36,331 bases of DNA from Bacilli bacterium (GTDB taxonomy: Bacteria; Bacillota_I; Bacilli_A; ML615J-28; CAG-698), in assembly GCA_041667425.1 (NCBI GenBank), contig JBAYFA010000001.1, forward strand, positions 1 through 36,331, in the 5' to 3' direction. The notes under the pieces are model-generated. The model did no database searches. It was not told the origin of the DNA and saw only the letters and a list, made by a program, of their open reading frames with translations. Below are positions 25,628-35,580 of the stretch, one piece after another (within the stretch, counting starts at the first letter, position 1; each line of letters begins with the position of its first letter). Both the position numbers and the translations under genes were made by a program.

Positions 25628-26611
25628 ATGCGTCAATTAGGAAAAACAGGATTACAAATACACGAAGTTGGATTAGGAGGAATTCCGATTCAACGCGTAA
25701 ACCCAGAAACAGCAAAAGCCATCATCGATGAAATGATCGTTCATCACATGAATTTTATTGATACTGCTCGGGGTTATACAACAAGTGAAGCGCTTTTGGG
25801 ACAGGCGCTTTTTGGTCGCCGTGACCAGTTCATCATTGCTACAAAATCTATGGCTAAAACATATGAGGCTATGCAGGAAGATATTTTAGTGAGTTTATCG
25901 CAACTGCAAACGACTTGGATTGATTTGTATCAAATTCATAATCCTAAAAAAACAGATGATTTAGCGGGTCCGATTAAGGCTCTTCTTGAAGCTAAAGATG
26001 CGGGACTCATTCATCATATCGGTATTACCAATCATTCTAAAGATCTTTTATTAGACGTTATCAAATGGGATGTATTTGAAACGATTCAATTTCCATATAA
26101 TTTTTTAGAATCTCAAGGAGACGATCTCTTTCGGATTGCTCATCAACAAGAACTTGGAACGATTGTCATGAAGCCCCTGGCTGGAGGGGTGATTGATAAT
26201 GGCCCTCTAGCCATTAAATATATTTTAAATAATCCGTCTATTAGTGTAGTTATTCCCGGAATGAGTTCTATAGCACAAGTCGCAGACAATGCGGGGGCAA
26301 AATCAGGCGAGTATACGAGTCGTGAATTACAAATAATAGATGAATTAAGACAAAAAACCGATCATTCATTTTGTCATCGCTGTGGATATTGTCTTCCTTG
26401 TACTCAAGGAATTGATATTCCTCTTTTGTTTACTTTTGAAGGGTATTATGAGCGCTATGATTTAAAAGCGTGGGCCACGAATCGTTATCAAAGTGTTCCC
26501 ATTAAAGCAGATGCTTGTATTGGGTGTGGGGTTTGTGAAGCGCGTTGTCCATATCATTTACACATCATTGAGCGAATGAAACGCATTGATGAATTATTTT
26601 CCAATCAATAG
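25628..26611 (+). CDS. Aldo/keto reductase with C-terminal Fe-S (ferredoxin-like) cysteine cluster
   Basis: AKR catalytic tetrad context (IDTARGY, ATKS, IHNP). C-terminal CHRCGYCLPC and CIGCGVCEARCP. ATG 25628 with a GGTGAG RBS is preferred to GTG 25619. Confidence 0.8.
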   Translation: MRQLGKTGLQIHEVGLGGIPIQRVNPETAKAIIDEMIVHHMNFIDTARGYTTSEALLGQALFGRRDQFIIATKSMAKTYEAMQEDILVSLSQLQTTWIDLYQIHNPKKTDDLAGPIKALLEAKDAGLIHHIGITNHSKDLLLDVIKWDVFETIQFPYNFLESQGDDLFRIAHQQELGTIVMKPLAGGVIDNGPLAIKYILNNPSISVVIPGMSSIAQVADNAGAKSGEYTSRELQIIDELRQKTDHSFCHRCGYCLPCTQGIDIPLLFTFEGYYERYDLKAWATNRYQSVPIKADACIGCGVCEARCPYHLHIIERMKRIDELFSNQ

Positions 26612-26620
26612 GAGAAGATA

Positions 26621-27112
26621 ATGACTAAAAAAAGCATATTAAAAAAAGGTCTTTGGTTTTATGTTTTTAGTTGGACGGGAAATCTTTTGTTGTTTTTATT
26701 CATTTTATTGATACCAAAAAACGAATTATTATATCAAATTTCATTTTATATATTTGTTGTTTGTGGATTTATTATTCCTCTCGGCTTGGGTGGACTAGGG
26801 ATAGCTGCCTATTATAAGAAGGAAGATCTTACTTGTTGGAAAGCGTCTTGTTTTCCATTGGGTGCTAGTGTGTTGGTTGGATTATCGACGTTTATCTTTT
26901 TTATTGAGACATTGGTTGTTGAAAAACAAGTATTGATGATGGAAATTGGTCTCGGGACGATTGGCCTTTTTTTAGGAATCGTAGTGGGTCTTCATGTAAA
27001 GAAACTTCCTCATCGTTTTCGCTTGGGCTTGATGGTTGTATCACTGCTGGTGTATTTAATATTCTTATATGTTGCCATGAAACTCAGCTATTCCTATAGC
27101 ATTGTATGGTAA
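26621..27112 (+). CDS. Hypothetical integral membrane protein (about 5 TM helices)
   Basis: Hydrophobic throughout. GGAG RBS. It starts 10 nt after the AKR stop. No family recognised. Confidence 0.5.
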   Translation: MTKKSILKKGLWFYVFSWTGNLLLFLFILLIPKNELLYQISFYIFVVCGFIIPLGLGGLGIAAYYKKEDLTCWKASCFPLGASVLVGLSTFIFFIETLVVEKQVLMMEIGLGTIGLFLGIVVGLHVKKLPHRFRLGLMVVSLLVYLIFLYVAMKLSYSYSIVW

Positions 27113-27219
27113 CATATAATCAAATCATTTAATTTGATAATCAATTAAGGCGATGTAGTGGCAAATTATTGAATGATGGGGTATAATGTGGTCAATAATT
27201 ACTAATGTAGGAGGTTTAC

Positions 27220-29121
27220 ATGAAAAAAATTGTACTATTATTTGCATTGATGCTTTTGTTTTTCGTCACAGGATGTCAAAATACAGTTCCTGAAGAGAAT
27301 TCAAATGTAGATGTGGTTAATACCATTGCCAGTTGGGTTCCAACTCAAATTCCCGAAGCGACACTTGAAGACATCACACTTCCGACTACGCATCCTCAAT
27401 TAGGAGGAACGATTGTGTGGACATCATATGATGAAGAGGTCATGAATAATCAAGGCGAAGTTCTTTCAACAACTTCAGGGAAAGACGTTATGCTAGAATT
27501 TAGAGTTACTTATGAGGATCAATCTAAATCTGATTTTGTGTTTATAAAAGTAGCGGGGATTGCCTTAGATGAAGTGGCAGGCGATTTCACTAAACAATTC
27601 ATGGCTATTATTGCACGTGATTATGAGGTTAAAACTGAATTTTCAGATGGATATGTTGTAACATGGACATCTTCAAATCCAGAGATGTTTTCTAATGAAG
27701 GTATTTTTACTCGTCCGAATGATGACACCACTATTCAAATTAACTTTACCGTTTCATTTGGCGATTTTAGTGAAAATTTCACCCATGAAGTGCTTGTTCA
27801 AGGACTTCTCCATTCAGTAAAGGTTGCAGAAATTCGTACTTGGATTACAAATAACTATCTTCCTGAACGCTTAGTTTCAGAAGAAGTGACACTACCAACA
27901 GAATATTCTAAATATAGAGCAACCATTAGTTGGAATAGTTCTAATTATAATGTTATAGATAATAATGGGACAATCACTCGATATGGATTTGATCGTTACA
28001 TTACCTTAACTGCTAGAATTGAAATTGATGATCAATTCTCTGAAACAGACTTTTCGCTCGTTGTAGCAAAAAAAGATATAACCTCCCAACAAGAAAAAAT
28101 TAATAGTTTCTTAGAAGCTATTGCTGTAGAAGAAATGCCAAAAATTACTTGGGAATATTATACCAATATTTCTCAAAGTTATAATATGATGCCTTTCTTT
28201 GATGGGTTTGATACTCCTATTGTTGAGCAAATTGCTCCTTCTACTGTATACGCCCGACCTGGAACAAAGCTCTATAGTGTTGAATTTATTACCATTCATG
28301 ATACGGCTGGGACTTCTTCAACCGCGACCGCTCAAGCTCATGCTAATCTCATTGATAGTGGGTATAGTGCATCATGGCATTTTGCTGTTGATGAGGACGG
28401 AGCGTATAACTCCATTCCTTTAGACGAGGTTGCCTATCACGCCGGTGATGGGTCACGTCCTTTTAATCTGACTGATACAGGAGTGACTGCGACCGTTAAA
28501 TATCCTGTGTTAACGATTACGGATGATGGATATTTTGCTTTTAACGGTGAAAAATCGGGTGTGAGAGCACCGATGACGGGCGATAGTACTTATGCTAAGA
28601 CCTATCAAATCACTCCGTCGGGCATATATAATGAAATTGGTAGCAATGGGCATTATTATATTAATACGGCATATTATAATACCTCATATGGGAAAGTATC
28701 TAATGGTGGTGGAAATCGAAACTCGATTGGATTTGAAACGTGCGTTAATACGGGTAGTAATTATACTAAAACCTTCCGTCATGCGGCAAACATTACAGCT
28801 GACTTATTAGTTCAACATGATTTATCAGTTGATCGCATCATGCAACATAATAATTTTAGTGGAAAAGATTGTCCGTTAACGATTCGTCGAACTGACTATT
28901 GGAATAATTTCCTAGATTTAGTATCTTTACTAAAATATGGGAAAGAAAACTTTCAAAACTATAGTTTTGTATGGACGTCTCAATCGAGTACTCTTCAAGC
29001 AAATGGACTCATTGATCGTGCTGCTGAGCCGGGAAGTCACATTTCTTACAGTGTTGTAGTCACCAATTTAACCAATCCATTGGATGTATACAACCAATCT
29101 TATACAACTTTATTAAAATGA
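27220..29121 (+). CDS. Lipoprotein N-acetylmuramoyl-L-alanine amidase (Amidase_2/PGRP type) with three N-terminal short Ig-like repeat modules
   Basis: Lipobox FFVTGC. The three modules are of the same type as in the 14128-15930 gene. Amidase motifs ITIHDTAG, SWHFAVD, YHAGDG, NSIGFETC and QHNNFSGKDCP (His-x7-Cys zinc ligands). AGGAGG RBS. Confidence 0.8.
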   Translation: MKKIVLLFALMLLFFVTGCQNTVPEENSNVDVVNTIASWVPTQIPEATLEDITLPTTHPQLGGTIVWTSYDEEVMNNQGEVLSTTSGKDVMLEFRVTYEDQSKSDFVFIKVAGIALDEVAGDFTKQFMAIIARDYEVKTEFSDGYVVTWTSSNPEMFSNEGIFTRPNDDTTIQINFTVSFGDFSENFTHEVLVQGLLHSVKVAEIRTWITNNYLPERLVSEEVTLPTEYSKYRATISWNSSNYNVIDNNGTITRYGFDRYITLTARIEIDDQFSETDFSLVVAKKDITSQQEKINSFLEAIAVEEMPKITWEYYTNISQSYNMMPFFDGFDTPIVEQIAPSTVYARPGTKLYSVEFITIHDTAGTSSTATAQAHANLIDSGYSASWHFAVDEDGAYNSIPLDEVAYHAGDGSRPFNLTDTGVTATVKYPVLTITDDGYFAFNGEKSGVRAPMTGDSTYAKTYQITPSGIYNEIGSNGHYYINTAYYNTSYGKVSNGGGNRNSIGFETCVNTGSNYTKTFRHAANITADLLVQHDLSVDRIMQHNNFSGKDCPLTIRRTDYWNNFLDLVSLLKYGKENFQNYSFVWTSQSSTLQANGLIDRAAEPGSHISYSVVVTNLTNPLDVYNQSYTTLLK

Positions 29122-29146
29122 GACTATAAAGATTATAAAAAAGAAG

Positions 29147-29176
29147 AGCAAGTAACAAAAATTACTTGCTTTTTCT
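29147..29176 (+). terminator. Rho-independent terminator after the amidase gene
   Basis: AGCAAGTAA-CAAAAA-TTACTTGCT followed by TTTTCT. Confidence 0.7.
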
Positions 29177-29194
29177 CATATTATATGGTATTAT
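29166..29194 (+). promoter_or_regulatory. Predicted sigma-A promoter of the S10 operon
   Basis: TTGCTT, 17-nt spacer, extended -10 TGgTATTAT. It implies a ~118-nt leader before rpsJ. Confidence 0.5.
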
Positions 29195-29318
29195 ATATGA
29201 GGCTCGTTAAGAGCTAACATTTTTGAGGTTGCTGACACACACGGTTGAGTTGCCAATACCGTACCATCAGGTAATTCAAAAATGGAAACTTGCACGCAGA
29301 TGCAAAAGGAGGAAAAAT

Positions 29319-29624
29319 ATGGCAAAACAATCGCTAAGAATTAAACTTGTTTCTTATGATCATCGATTAATTGATGAATCAGCAAGAAAAATCGTGGAAG
29401 CTGCGAAAAAAACCGGCGCTATCGTTGCTGGTCCTATCCCTCTTCCCACTGAACGAGAGGTTTTCACAGTTATTCGATCACCTCACAAACACAAAGACAG
29501 TCGTGAACAATTTGAAAGAAGAACACACAAACGACTTATCGACATCGTGGTAACCACACCAAAGACTATGGACACCCTAGTTCATTTGGAAATACCTTCG
29601 GGCGTCGATATCATTTTAAAATAA
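29319..29624 (+). CDS. rpsJ: 30S ribosomal protein S10
   Basis: The N-terminus reads [19 protein letters not shown]. Also [35 protein letters not shown] 29307-29312. The ORF-track start at 29223 lies in the leader. Confidence 0.97.
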   Translation: MAKQSLRIKLVSYDHRLIDESARKIVEAAKKTGAIVAGPIPLPTEREVFTVIRSPHKHKDSREQFERRTHKRLIDIVVTTPKTMDTLVHLEIPSGVDIILK

Positions 29625-29646
29625 TGAGTAGTAGGAGGTGAAACTC

Positions 29647-30300
29647 ATGGCCAAAGGAATCTTAGGTAAAAAAATCGGAATGACACAAATTTTTGCGGAA
29701 AACGGAGAACTTATCCCAGTAACAGTGGTTGAAGTTGGTGGTAATATCGTTTTACAAAAGAAAACAATGGAAACAGATGGATATCAATCTGTACAACTAG
29801 GGTTTAAAGACGCGAAAAACGTCACAAAACCTGAAGTGGGGCACGCTAAAAAAGCCAACACTTCTCCTAAGCGCTTCGTTAAAGAAATCGCTGGAGAAGA
29901 AATGCTGGCATTTGAAGTAGGCCAAGAGGTAAAAGCTAATATATTTGTGGAAGGTGAAATCGTTGATGTCACCGGCACATCCAAAGGAAAAGGGTACTCG
30001 GGACCCATCCAACGATGGAATTTCTCACGTGGACCGATGGCACATGGATCTGGATACCATCGCGGTAGCGGTTCTATGGGTGAAAGAACAGCTGGACGGA
30101 TTAAAAAAGGCAAAAAAATGGCCGGTCGTCTAGGTGGAGAAACAACAACCATCCAAAATTTAAAAGTTGCTAAAATCGATCTTGAAAGAAACGTTGTGCT
30201 TATCAGAGGGAATGTCCCTGGCGCGAATAATTCATATGTCATCATTTCAAATGGTGTCAAATCAAATACGCCACAGGTCAATCCTGAGGCACTTGCGTAA
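29647..30300 (+). CDS. rplC: 50S ribosomal protein L3
   Basis: The N-terminus reads [25 protein letters not shown]. Confidence 0.97.
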   Translation: MAKGILGKKIGMTQIFAENGELIPVTVVEVGGNIVLQKKTMETDGYQSVQLGFKDAKNVTKPEVGHAKKANTSPKRFVKEIAGEEMLAFEVGQEVKANIFVEGEIVDVTGTSKGKGYSGPIQRWNFSRGPMAHGSGYHRGSGSMGERTAGRIKKGKKMAGRLGGETTTIQNLKVAKIDLERNVVLIRGNVPGANNSYVIISNGVKSNTPQVNPEALA

Positions 30301-30318
30301 TAGAAAGGAGATACAATC

Positions 30319-30945
30319 ATGCCTAGTATCGTTGTATTAAACCAATCCGGAGCAGAAGTCGGAAAGTTAGAATTAAGTGAAAAAGTATTTGCAGCAGAAC
30401 TTCATAATCAAGCGGTCTATGATGTTGTCAACTCCCAACGCGCAGGAATGCGACAAGGTACAGCTGATACCAAAGATCGAACAGAAGTACGTGGCGGTGG
30501 AAGAAAACCATGGCGTCAAAAAGGAACAGGACGAGCTCGTCAAGGCTCTATTCGTGCTCCACAATGGCGTGGTGGTGGGATTGTCTTTGGACCGACTCCC
30601 CGTAAATACGTTTTAAAAGTGAATAGAAAATTAGTCAAAGTTGCTTTAAGAAGCCTTCTTACTGATCGCTTTAATAAAGGAAGTTTGATTGTTGTTGATA
30701 AAATCGAATTAGATGATTTTAAAACAAAGAGTTTAGTTGAGGTATTGAAAACTCTCGGCGCCATGGACAAGAAAGTCATTGTTATTACAACTGAAGAAGA
30801 CTTACAACTTGCTCTTGCTGGTCGCAACATTCCTAATGCATATGTTCAAACAAAACAGCATTTGAGTGTTTATGATCTTATCAATGCCGATATGTATGTT
30901 GCCACTGAAGCAGCAATCAAAGCATATGAGGAGGATTTACAATAA
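30319..30945 (+). CDS. rplD: 50S ribosomal protein L4
   Basis: RGGGRKPWRQKGTGRARQGSIRAPQWRGGG motif. Confidence 0.97.
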   Translation: MPSIVVLNQSGAEVGKLELSEKVFAAELHNQAVYDVVNSQRAGMRQGTADTKDRTEVRGGGRKPWRQKGTGRARQGSIRAPQWRGGGIVFGPTPRKYVLKVNRKLVKVALRSLLTDRFNKGSLIVVDKIELDDFKTKSLVEVLKTLGAMDKKVIVITTEEDLQLALAGRNIPNAYVQTKQHLSVYDLINADMYVATEAAIKAYEEDLQ

Positions 30946-31229
30946 TGAAGAACGCATATGAAGTGATTAAACGTCCTTTGATTACTGAAAAGTCAACCAA
31001 GCTCGTTGAAGAAAGAAAATATACGTTTGAAGTGATGCAAGGTGCCAATAAAATTGAAGTGAAGAAAGCCATTGAAGAGCTCTATCCCGTCAAAGTTATT
31101 GCTGTCAACATCATCAATGTTCGTAAAAAACCACGTAAAGTGGGAAAATATGAAGGATTACGTCCAGCTGTCCGTAAGGCCATTGTTACTCTTGATGAGG
31201 GACAAAAACTTGACGTCTTCGAAGTGTAG
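30945..31229 (+). CDS. rplW: 50S ribosomal protein L23
   Basis: IKRPLITEKS motif. TAATG overlap with rplD. Confidence 0.96.
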   Translation: MKNAYEVIKRPLITEKSTKLVEERKYTFEVMQGANKIEVKKAIEELYPVKVIAVNIINVRKKPRKVGKYEGLRPAVRKAIVTLDEGQKLDVFEV

Positions 31230-31240
31230 GAGGATAGTTT

Positions 31241-32071
31241 ATGCCAATCAAAGTATATAAACCGACGACCAATGGCCGCCGAAATATGTCAAGTTTAACT
31301 TATAGTGAAATTACGACTGATACTCCTGAAAAAAGTTTGACTGTCTCTTTAAAGAAAAATGGCGGTCGGAATAATACAGGACACATCACTGTTCGTCATC
31401 AAGGCGGAGGAAGCAAACGCAAATATCGTATCATTGATTTTAAGCGGAGCAAGGATGGCGTTCCAGCAACTGTTAAAACCATTGAATATGATCCAAACCG
31501 TAGTGCTAATATTGCCCTCATTGCGTATGCCGATGGTGAAAAACGCTATATTTTAGCGCCAAAAACCCTCACGGTTGGAATGGTTATTTATTCTGGTAGT
31601 GATGTTGATATCAAAGTTGGAAATGCATTGCCACTTGAAAAAATCCCTATTGGTGCAATGATTCATAATATTGAATTATATCCAGGAGCAGGAGGACAAC
31701 TCATTCGCAGTGCGGGTGCAAGTGCTCAAATTCTTGGACGTGAAGAAAAATATGTCATCATTCGTTTAATGAGTGGTGAAGTTCGTAAAATCTTGGGCGT
31801 TTGCCGTGCTACCATTGGTGAGGTCGGAAATGAAGATTTCATGAATGTCACTCTTGGAAAAGCAGGTAGAAGTCGTCATATGGGTATTCGTCCCACTGTC
31901 AGAGGTTCTGCTATGAACCCTAATGATCATCCACATGGTGGTGGTGAAGGAAAAGCTCCTGTTGGACGGAAAGCTCCTCTTACTCCATGGGGTAAGAAAG
32001 CTATGGGTGTTAAAACTCGTAATCGCAAATTAAAATCGACCGGACTTATCGTCCGCCGTCGTAACGGATAA
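31241..32071 (+). CDS. rplB: 50S ribosomal protein L2
   Basis: [16 protein letters not shown] and [14 protein letters not shown] motifs. Confidence 0.98.
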   Translation: MPIKVYKPTTNGRRNMSSLTYSEITTDTPEKSLTVSLKKNGGRNNTGHITVRHQGGGSKRKYRIIDFKRSKDGVPATVKTIEYDPNRSANIALIAYADGEKRYILAPKTLTVGMVIYSGSDVDIKVGNALPLEKIPIGAMIHNIELYPGAGGQLIRSAGASAQILGREEKYVIIRLMSGEVRKILGVCRATIGEVGNEDFMNVTLGKAGRSRHMGIRPTVRGSAMNPNDHPHGGGEGKAPVGRKAPLTPWGKKAMGVKTRNRKLKSTGLIVRRRNG

Positions 32072-32083
32072 TAGGAGGTAATT

Positions 32084-32359
32084 ATGGCTCGTTCATTAAA
32101 AAAAGGCCCTTTCTGTGATGATCATCTAATGAAGAAAGTCGAAGCAGCAAGTCAAGCTACAAGTAAAAAAGTAATCCAAACTTGGTCAAGACGATCAACT
32201 GTATTCCCCGAATTTATTGGTTTAACCATTGCTGTGTATAATGGCAAAGAACATATCCCTGTGTATATTACAGAAGATATGGTTGGTCATAAACTAGGCG
32301 AATTTGCTCCAACTCGAACTTACCGTGGACACGGTAAAGATAAAGTTGCAGGGAATTAG
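32084..32359 (+). CDS. rpsS: 30S ribosomal protein S19
   Basis: The N-terminus reads [10 protein letters not shown]. Also [15 protein letters not shown]. Confidence 0.97.
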   Translation: MARSLKKGPFCDDHLMKKVEAASQATSKKVIQTWSRRSTVFPEFIGLTIAVYNGKEHIPVYITEDMVGHKLGEFAPTRTYRGHGKDKVAGN

Positions 32360-32371
32360 GGGGGGAGCAAT

Positions 32372-32707
32372 ATGGAAGTAAAAGCTGTTGCGAAAACAGT
32401 TCGAATTACGGCACGGAAAGTTCGTCTCGTTGTCGATCTTATTCGTGGAAAAGAAGTTGGAGAAGCAATTTCTATCTTACGCTTGACTCCTAAAAGAGCA
32501 AGTGCAATTGTAGAAAAAGTGGTTAAATCTGCGATAGCTAATGCGGTAAATAATCACAAACTCGATCAAAATAAATTATTCATCAAAAAAGCATTTGCTG
32601 ATGAAAGCGTCACAATGAAACGTTATTTACCACGCGCTAAAGGTAGCGCAAACTCTCTTCTAAAAAGAACAAGTCACATTACAATTGTTCTTGACGAGAA
32701 GGAATAA
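32372..32707 (+). CDS. rplV: 50S ribosomal protein L22
   Basis: [17 protein letters not shown] motif, and the gene order fits. Confidence 0.96.
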   Translation: MEVKAVAKTVRITARKVRLVVDLIRGKEVGEAISILRLTPKRASAIVEKVVKSAIANAVNNHKLDQNKLFIKKAFADESVTMKRYLPRAKGSANSLLKRTSHITIVLDEKE

Positions 32708-32718
32708 GGAGGCTGTAC

Positions 32719-33366
32719 ATGGGACAAAAAGTAAATCCGATCGGATTTAGAACTGGAATTATTCGCGATTGGGAATCCAAATGGTACGCAAGTAAATTGG
32801 AAGTACCCGCGCTTTTACATGAAGACTTACTTATTCGTAAGACTGTTGCAGAGTTCTATAAAAAAGCACAAGTATCTCTCGTTGAAATTGAACGTATTAA
32901 ATCAAAAGTATTATTAACTGTTCATACTGCAAAACCAGGTGTTGTCATTGGCCGTGAAGGATCAATTAAAACACAATTGGTTGAACTGCTTCAAAAACAA
33001 ACTGGCAAAACCGTGTTTTTAAATGTTGTTGAAATTAAAAATCCTGATTGCGATGCAATTCTTGTTGCTCGTAAAATTGCGGATGATCTTGAAAATCGTG
33101 CCTCATTTAGACGGGCACAAAAGAAAGCCATTCAACAAACAATGAAATCCGGCGCAAAAGGAATCAAAACATTAATTTCTGGTCGTTTGGGTGGAGCTGA
33201 AATAGCACGTAGTGAAGGGTATTCTGAAGGAACTGTCTCCTTGCATACATTAAGAGCAGATATCGATTATTCAATCGCTGAAGCACAAACAACTTATGGT
33301 AAGTTAGGAGTTAAGGTATGGATTTCACGTGGTGAAATCTTACCCGCTAAAAAGGAGGCTAAATAA
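32719..33366 (+). CDS. rpsC: 30S ribosomal protein S3
   Basis: The N-terminus reads [11 protein letters not shown]. There is a KH domain. [11 protein letters not shown] motif. Confidence 0.98.
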   Translation: MGQKVNPIGFRTGIIRDWESKWYASKLEVPALLHEDLLIRKTVAEFYKKAQVSLVEIERIKSKVLLTVHTAKPGVVIGREGSIKTQLVELLQKQTGKTVFLNVVEIKNPDCDAILVARKIADDLENRASFRRAQKKAIQQTMKSGAKGIKTLISGRLGGAEIARSEGYSEGTVSLHTLRADIDYSIAEAQTTYGKLGVKVWISRGEILPAKKEAK

Positions 33367-33368
33367 TT

Positions 33369-33788
33369 ATGTTAATGCCAAAAAGAACAAAATTTCGTAA
33401 GCCTCATCGTGTTAGTTATGAAGGAAAAGCTAAAGGTGCTAAACGTGTAGACTTTGGTGAATTTGGCTTACAATCACTAGAAGGTGCATGGCTTACACCT
33501 CAACAAATTGAAGCTGCTCGTATTGCGATGACTCGTCATATGAAGCGTGAAGGTAAAGTTTGGATTCGAATTTTTCCTCATATTGGACGTACTAGAAAAC
33601 CACTTGAAGTTCGTATGGGTGGTGGAAAAGGTAATCCTGAATCTTACGTTGCTGTCGTAAAAAAAGGAACCGTTATATTTGAAGTTGGTGAAGTGACAGA
33701 AGTGATTGCTCGCGAGGCTCTTCGCCTTGCTGCCGCAAAACTCCCTGTCATTACCAAAATTGTTACAAAGGAAGTTAGTGGTGAATAA
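33369..33788 (+). CDS. rplP: 50S ribosomal protein L16
   Basis: The N-terminus reads [21 protein letters not shown] motif. Confidence 0.97.
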   Translation: MLMPKRTKFRKPHRVSYEGKAKGAKRVDFGEFGLQSLEGAWLTPQQIEAARIAMTRHMKREGKVWIRIFPHIGRTRKPLEVRMGGGKGNPESYVAVVKKGTVIFEVGEVTEVIAREALRLAAAKLPVITKIVTKEVSGE

Positions 33789-33790
33789 TC

Positions 33791-34036
33791 ATGGCTAAAG
33801 CAAAAAAAATTGAAGAAAAACCAATCATCAAGAAACAATCCGTCTCTGACAAAGTAAGAGAAATGGATGTTATTGCCATTGAGAAAGAAATTTCCGAATT
33901 GAAAAAAGAGTTATTTAACTTACGGTTTCAAGCAGCAGTCGGAAAACTTGAAAACACTGCGCAAATTAGTAAAAACAAAAAGCAAATTGCCCGGATGAAA
34001 ACCATCCTAACTGAACGGGCAAACGCGGTTAAATAA
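33791..34036 (+). CDS. rpmC: 50S ribosomal protein L29 (with apparent ~20-aa Lys-rich N-terminal extension)
   Basis: [20 protein letters not shown] core. ATG 33791 has a GGTGA RBS and abuts the rplP stop. The alternative start at ATG 33863 lacks an RBS. Confidence 0.9.
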   Translation: MAKAKKIEEKPIIKKQSVSDKVREMDVIAIEKEISELKKELFNLRFQAAVGKLENTAQISKNKKQIARMKTILTERANAVK

Positions 34037-34050
34037 AGATGGAGGCTATC

Positions 34051-34311
34051 ATGGAAAGAAATTCTCGTAAAGTATACATTGGAAAAGTATCTTCTGACAA
34101 AGGGGACAAAACCATCCAAGTGTTAATTTCAACACATCGCAAACATCCTTTATATGGAAAACGCGTTGAATATACCAAAAATATTACTGTGCACGATGAA
34201 GAAAACTTAGCTAAGATCGGTGATGTTGTAAAGGTTATGGAAACAAGGCCTTTATCTAAAACCAAACGATTCCGTTTGGTAGAAATCATTGAAAAAGCAG
34301 TAATAGTGTAG
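34051..34311 (+). CDS. rpsQ: 30S ribosomal protein S17
   Basis: The N-terminus reads [22 protein letters not shown]. Also [13 protein letters not shown] sits 5 nt upstream of ATG 34051, and the ATG at 34039 overlaps that RBS. Confidence 0.95.
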   Translation: MERNSRKVYIGKVSSDKGDKTIQVLISTHRKHPLYGKRVEYTKNITVHDEENLAKIGDVVKVMETRPLSKTKRFRLVEIIEKAVIV

Positions 34312-34323
34312 GGGGACCACCTT

Positions 34324-34692
34324 ATGATACAACAAGAATCAAGATTAATCGTAGCTGATAATTCAGGTGGTAAAGAAATTTTGTGTATTAAGATCCTTGG
34401 AGGAACTAATCACAAAGTCGCACATATTGGAGATATTATTGTTGCCACTGTTAAAGCGGCATCTTCCAATGGACAAGTTAAAAAAGGCGAGGTTGTAAAA
34501 GCAGTCATCGTCCGTACAAAAAGTGGCTTAAGAAGAAATGATGGAAGTTATATTAAATTTGATGACAACGCTGCTGTTATTATCAAAGACGATAAAACCC
34601 CAAAAGGGACTCGTATTTTCGGACCAGTGGCTCGTGAATTACGTGAAAAAAGCTTCATGAAAATTGTTTCTCTAGCTCCAGAAGTATTGTAA
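34324..34692 (+). CDS. rplN: 50S ribosomal protein L14
   Basis: The N-terminus reads [15 protein letters not shown]. It ends SLAPEVL. Confidence 0.98.
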   Translation: MIQQESRLIVADNSGGKEILCIKILGGTNHKVAHIGDIIVATVKAASSNGQVKKGEVVKAVIVRTKSGLRRNDGSYIKFDDNAAVIIKDDKTPKGTRIFGPVARELREKSFMKIVSLAPEVL

Positions 34693-34707
34693 GAGGGAGG
34701 ACACATC

Positions 34708-35019
34708 ATGATTATTAAAAAAGGTGATACCGTCATCGTTACTAGTGGTAACGATAAAGGGAAAACTGCTAAAGTTCTCAAAGTACTTATTAAAGCTAAC
34801 AAAGTACTTGTTGAAGGCGTGAATGTTGTTTCCCGTCATACTAAACCATCAAATGCAAATCCTGATGGTGGAATTATTAAAAAAGAAGCACCTATTGCTG
34901 CTTCAAATGTTATGTTGGTAGATCCAAAAACAAATGAAAGAACACGCGTTGGTTTAAAGGTTGTTGACGGCAAAAAAGTTCGTTACGCTAAAAAGACTGG
35001 CAATGTTTTTGGGAAGTAG
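34708..35019 (+). CDS. rplX: 50S ribosomal protein L24
   Basis: [24 protein letters not shown] motif. Confidence 0.96.
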   Translation: MIIKKGDTVIVTSGNDKGKTAKVLKVLIKANKVLVEGVNVVSRHTKPSNANPDGGIIKKEAPIAASNVMLVDPKTNERTRVGLKVVDGKKVRYAKKTGNVFGK

Positions 35020-35028
35020 GAGGAAACT

Positions 35029-35568
35029 ATGAATCGTGTCAAACAAAATTACTTAGAAAATGCTAGACCTGCTTTGATTAAAACATTTGGATATACATCA
35101 CTTATGCAAGCACCAAGACTTGAAAAAATTGTTGTAAACATGGGTGTTGGTGATGCCGTTCAAAATGCTAAAGCACTTGATGCTGCTGTTGAAGATTTAA
35201 CGCAAATCGTTGGTCAAAAACCAGTTATCACCAAAGCAAAAAAATCAATTGCAGCATTCAAATTGCGTGAAGGTGTAGCCATTGGCTGTAAAGTAACATT
35301 ACGTGGAGAAAGAATGTATCAATTTTATGATAAACTCGTCTCTATTTCACTTCCACGTGTTCGTGATTTCCGTGGTCTATCAAAAGATTCTTTTGATGGA
35401 AGAGGAAATTATACACTTGGATTAAAAGAACAACTCATATTCCCGGAAATTAATTATGATAAAATATTGAAAATTCGTGGAATGGATATTGTAGTTGTTA
35501 CAACTGCTAAGACCGATAAAGAAGGATTCGAATTATTGAGTCTTCTCGGCTTTCCGTTTAAGAAGTAG
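35029..35568 (+). CDS. rplE: 50S ribosomal protein L5
   Basis: [15 protein letters not shown] and RDFRGL motifs. Confidence 0.97.
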   Translation: MNRVKQNYLENARPALIKTFGYTSLMQAPRLEKIVVNMGVGDAVQNAKALDAAVEDLTQIVGQKPVITKAKKSIAAFKLREGVAIGCKVTLRGERMYQFYDKLVSISLPRVRDFRGLSKDSFDGRGNYTLGLKEQLIFPEINYDKILKIRGMDIVVVTTAKTDKEGFELLSLLGFPFKK

Positions 35569-35580
35569 AGGGGGAAAATC

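Noticed and set aside
27220-29121. The amidase as a prophage endolysin remnant.
   Set aside because: It has a lipoprotein signal peptide and chromosomal-type repeat modules. There are no holin, tail, capsid, integrase or att-like repeats on either side, and it abuts the S10 operon.
29223-29318. A 32-codon extension upstream of rpsJ (TTG start at 29223).
   Set aside because: S10 begins [10 protein letters not shown] at ATG 29319 with AGGAGG 7 nt upstream. The extension lies in the untranslated leader.
29784-30320. A 178-aa ORF on the minus strand, antisense to rplC, plus similar antisense ORFs in rplD, rplP/rpmC and rpsQ/rplN.
   Set aside because: They lie fully inside highly conserved ribosomal protein genes and have no RBS. 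Their composition is biased (Pro/Ser/Phe-rich), as expected from the reverse complement of Lys/Gly/Glu-rich coding sequence. They are stop-depleted antisense frames, not genes.
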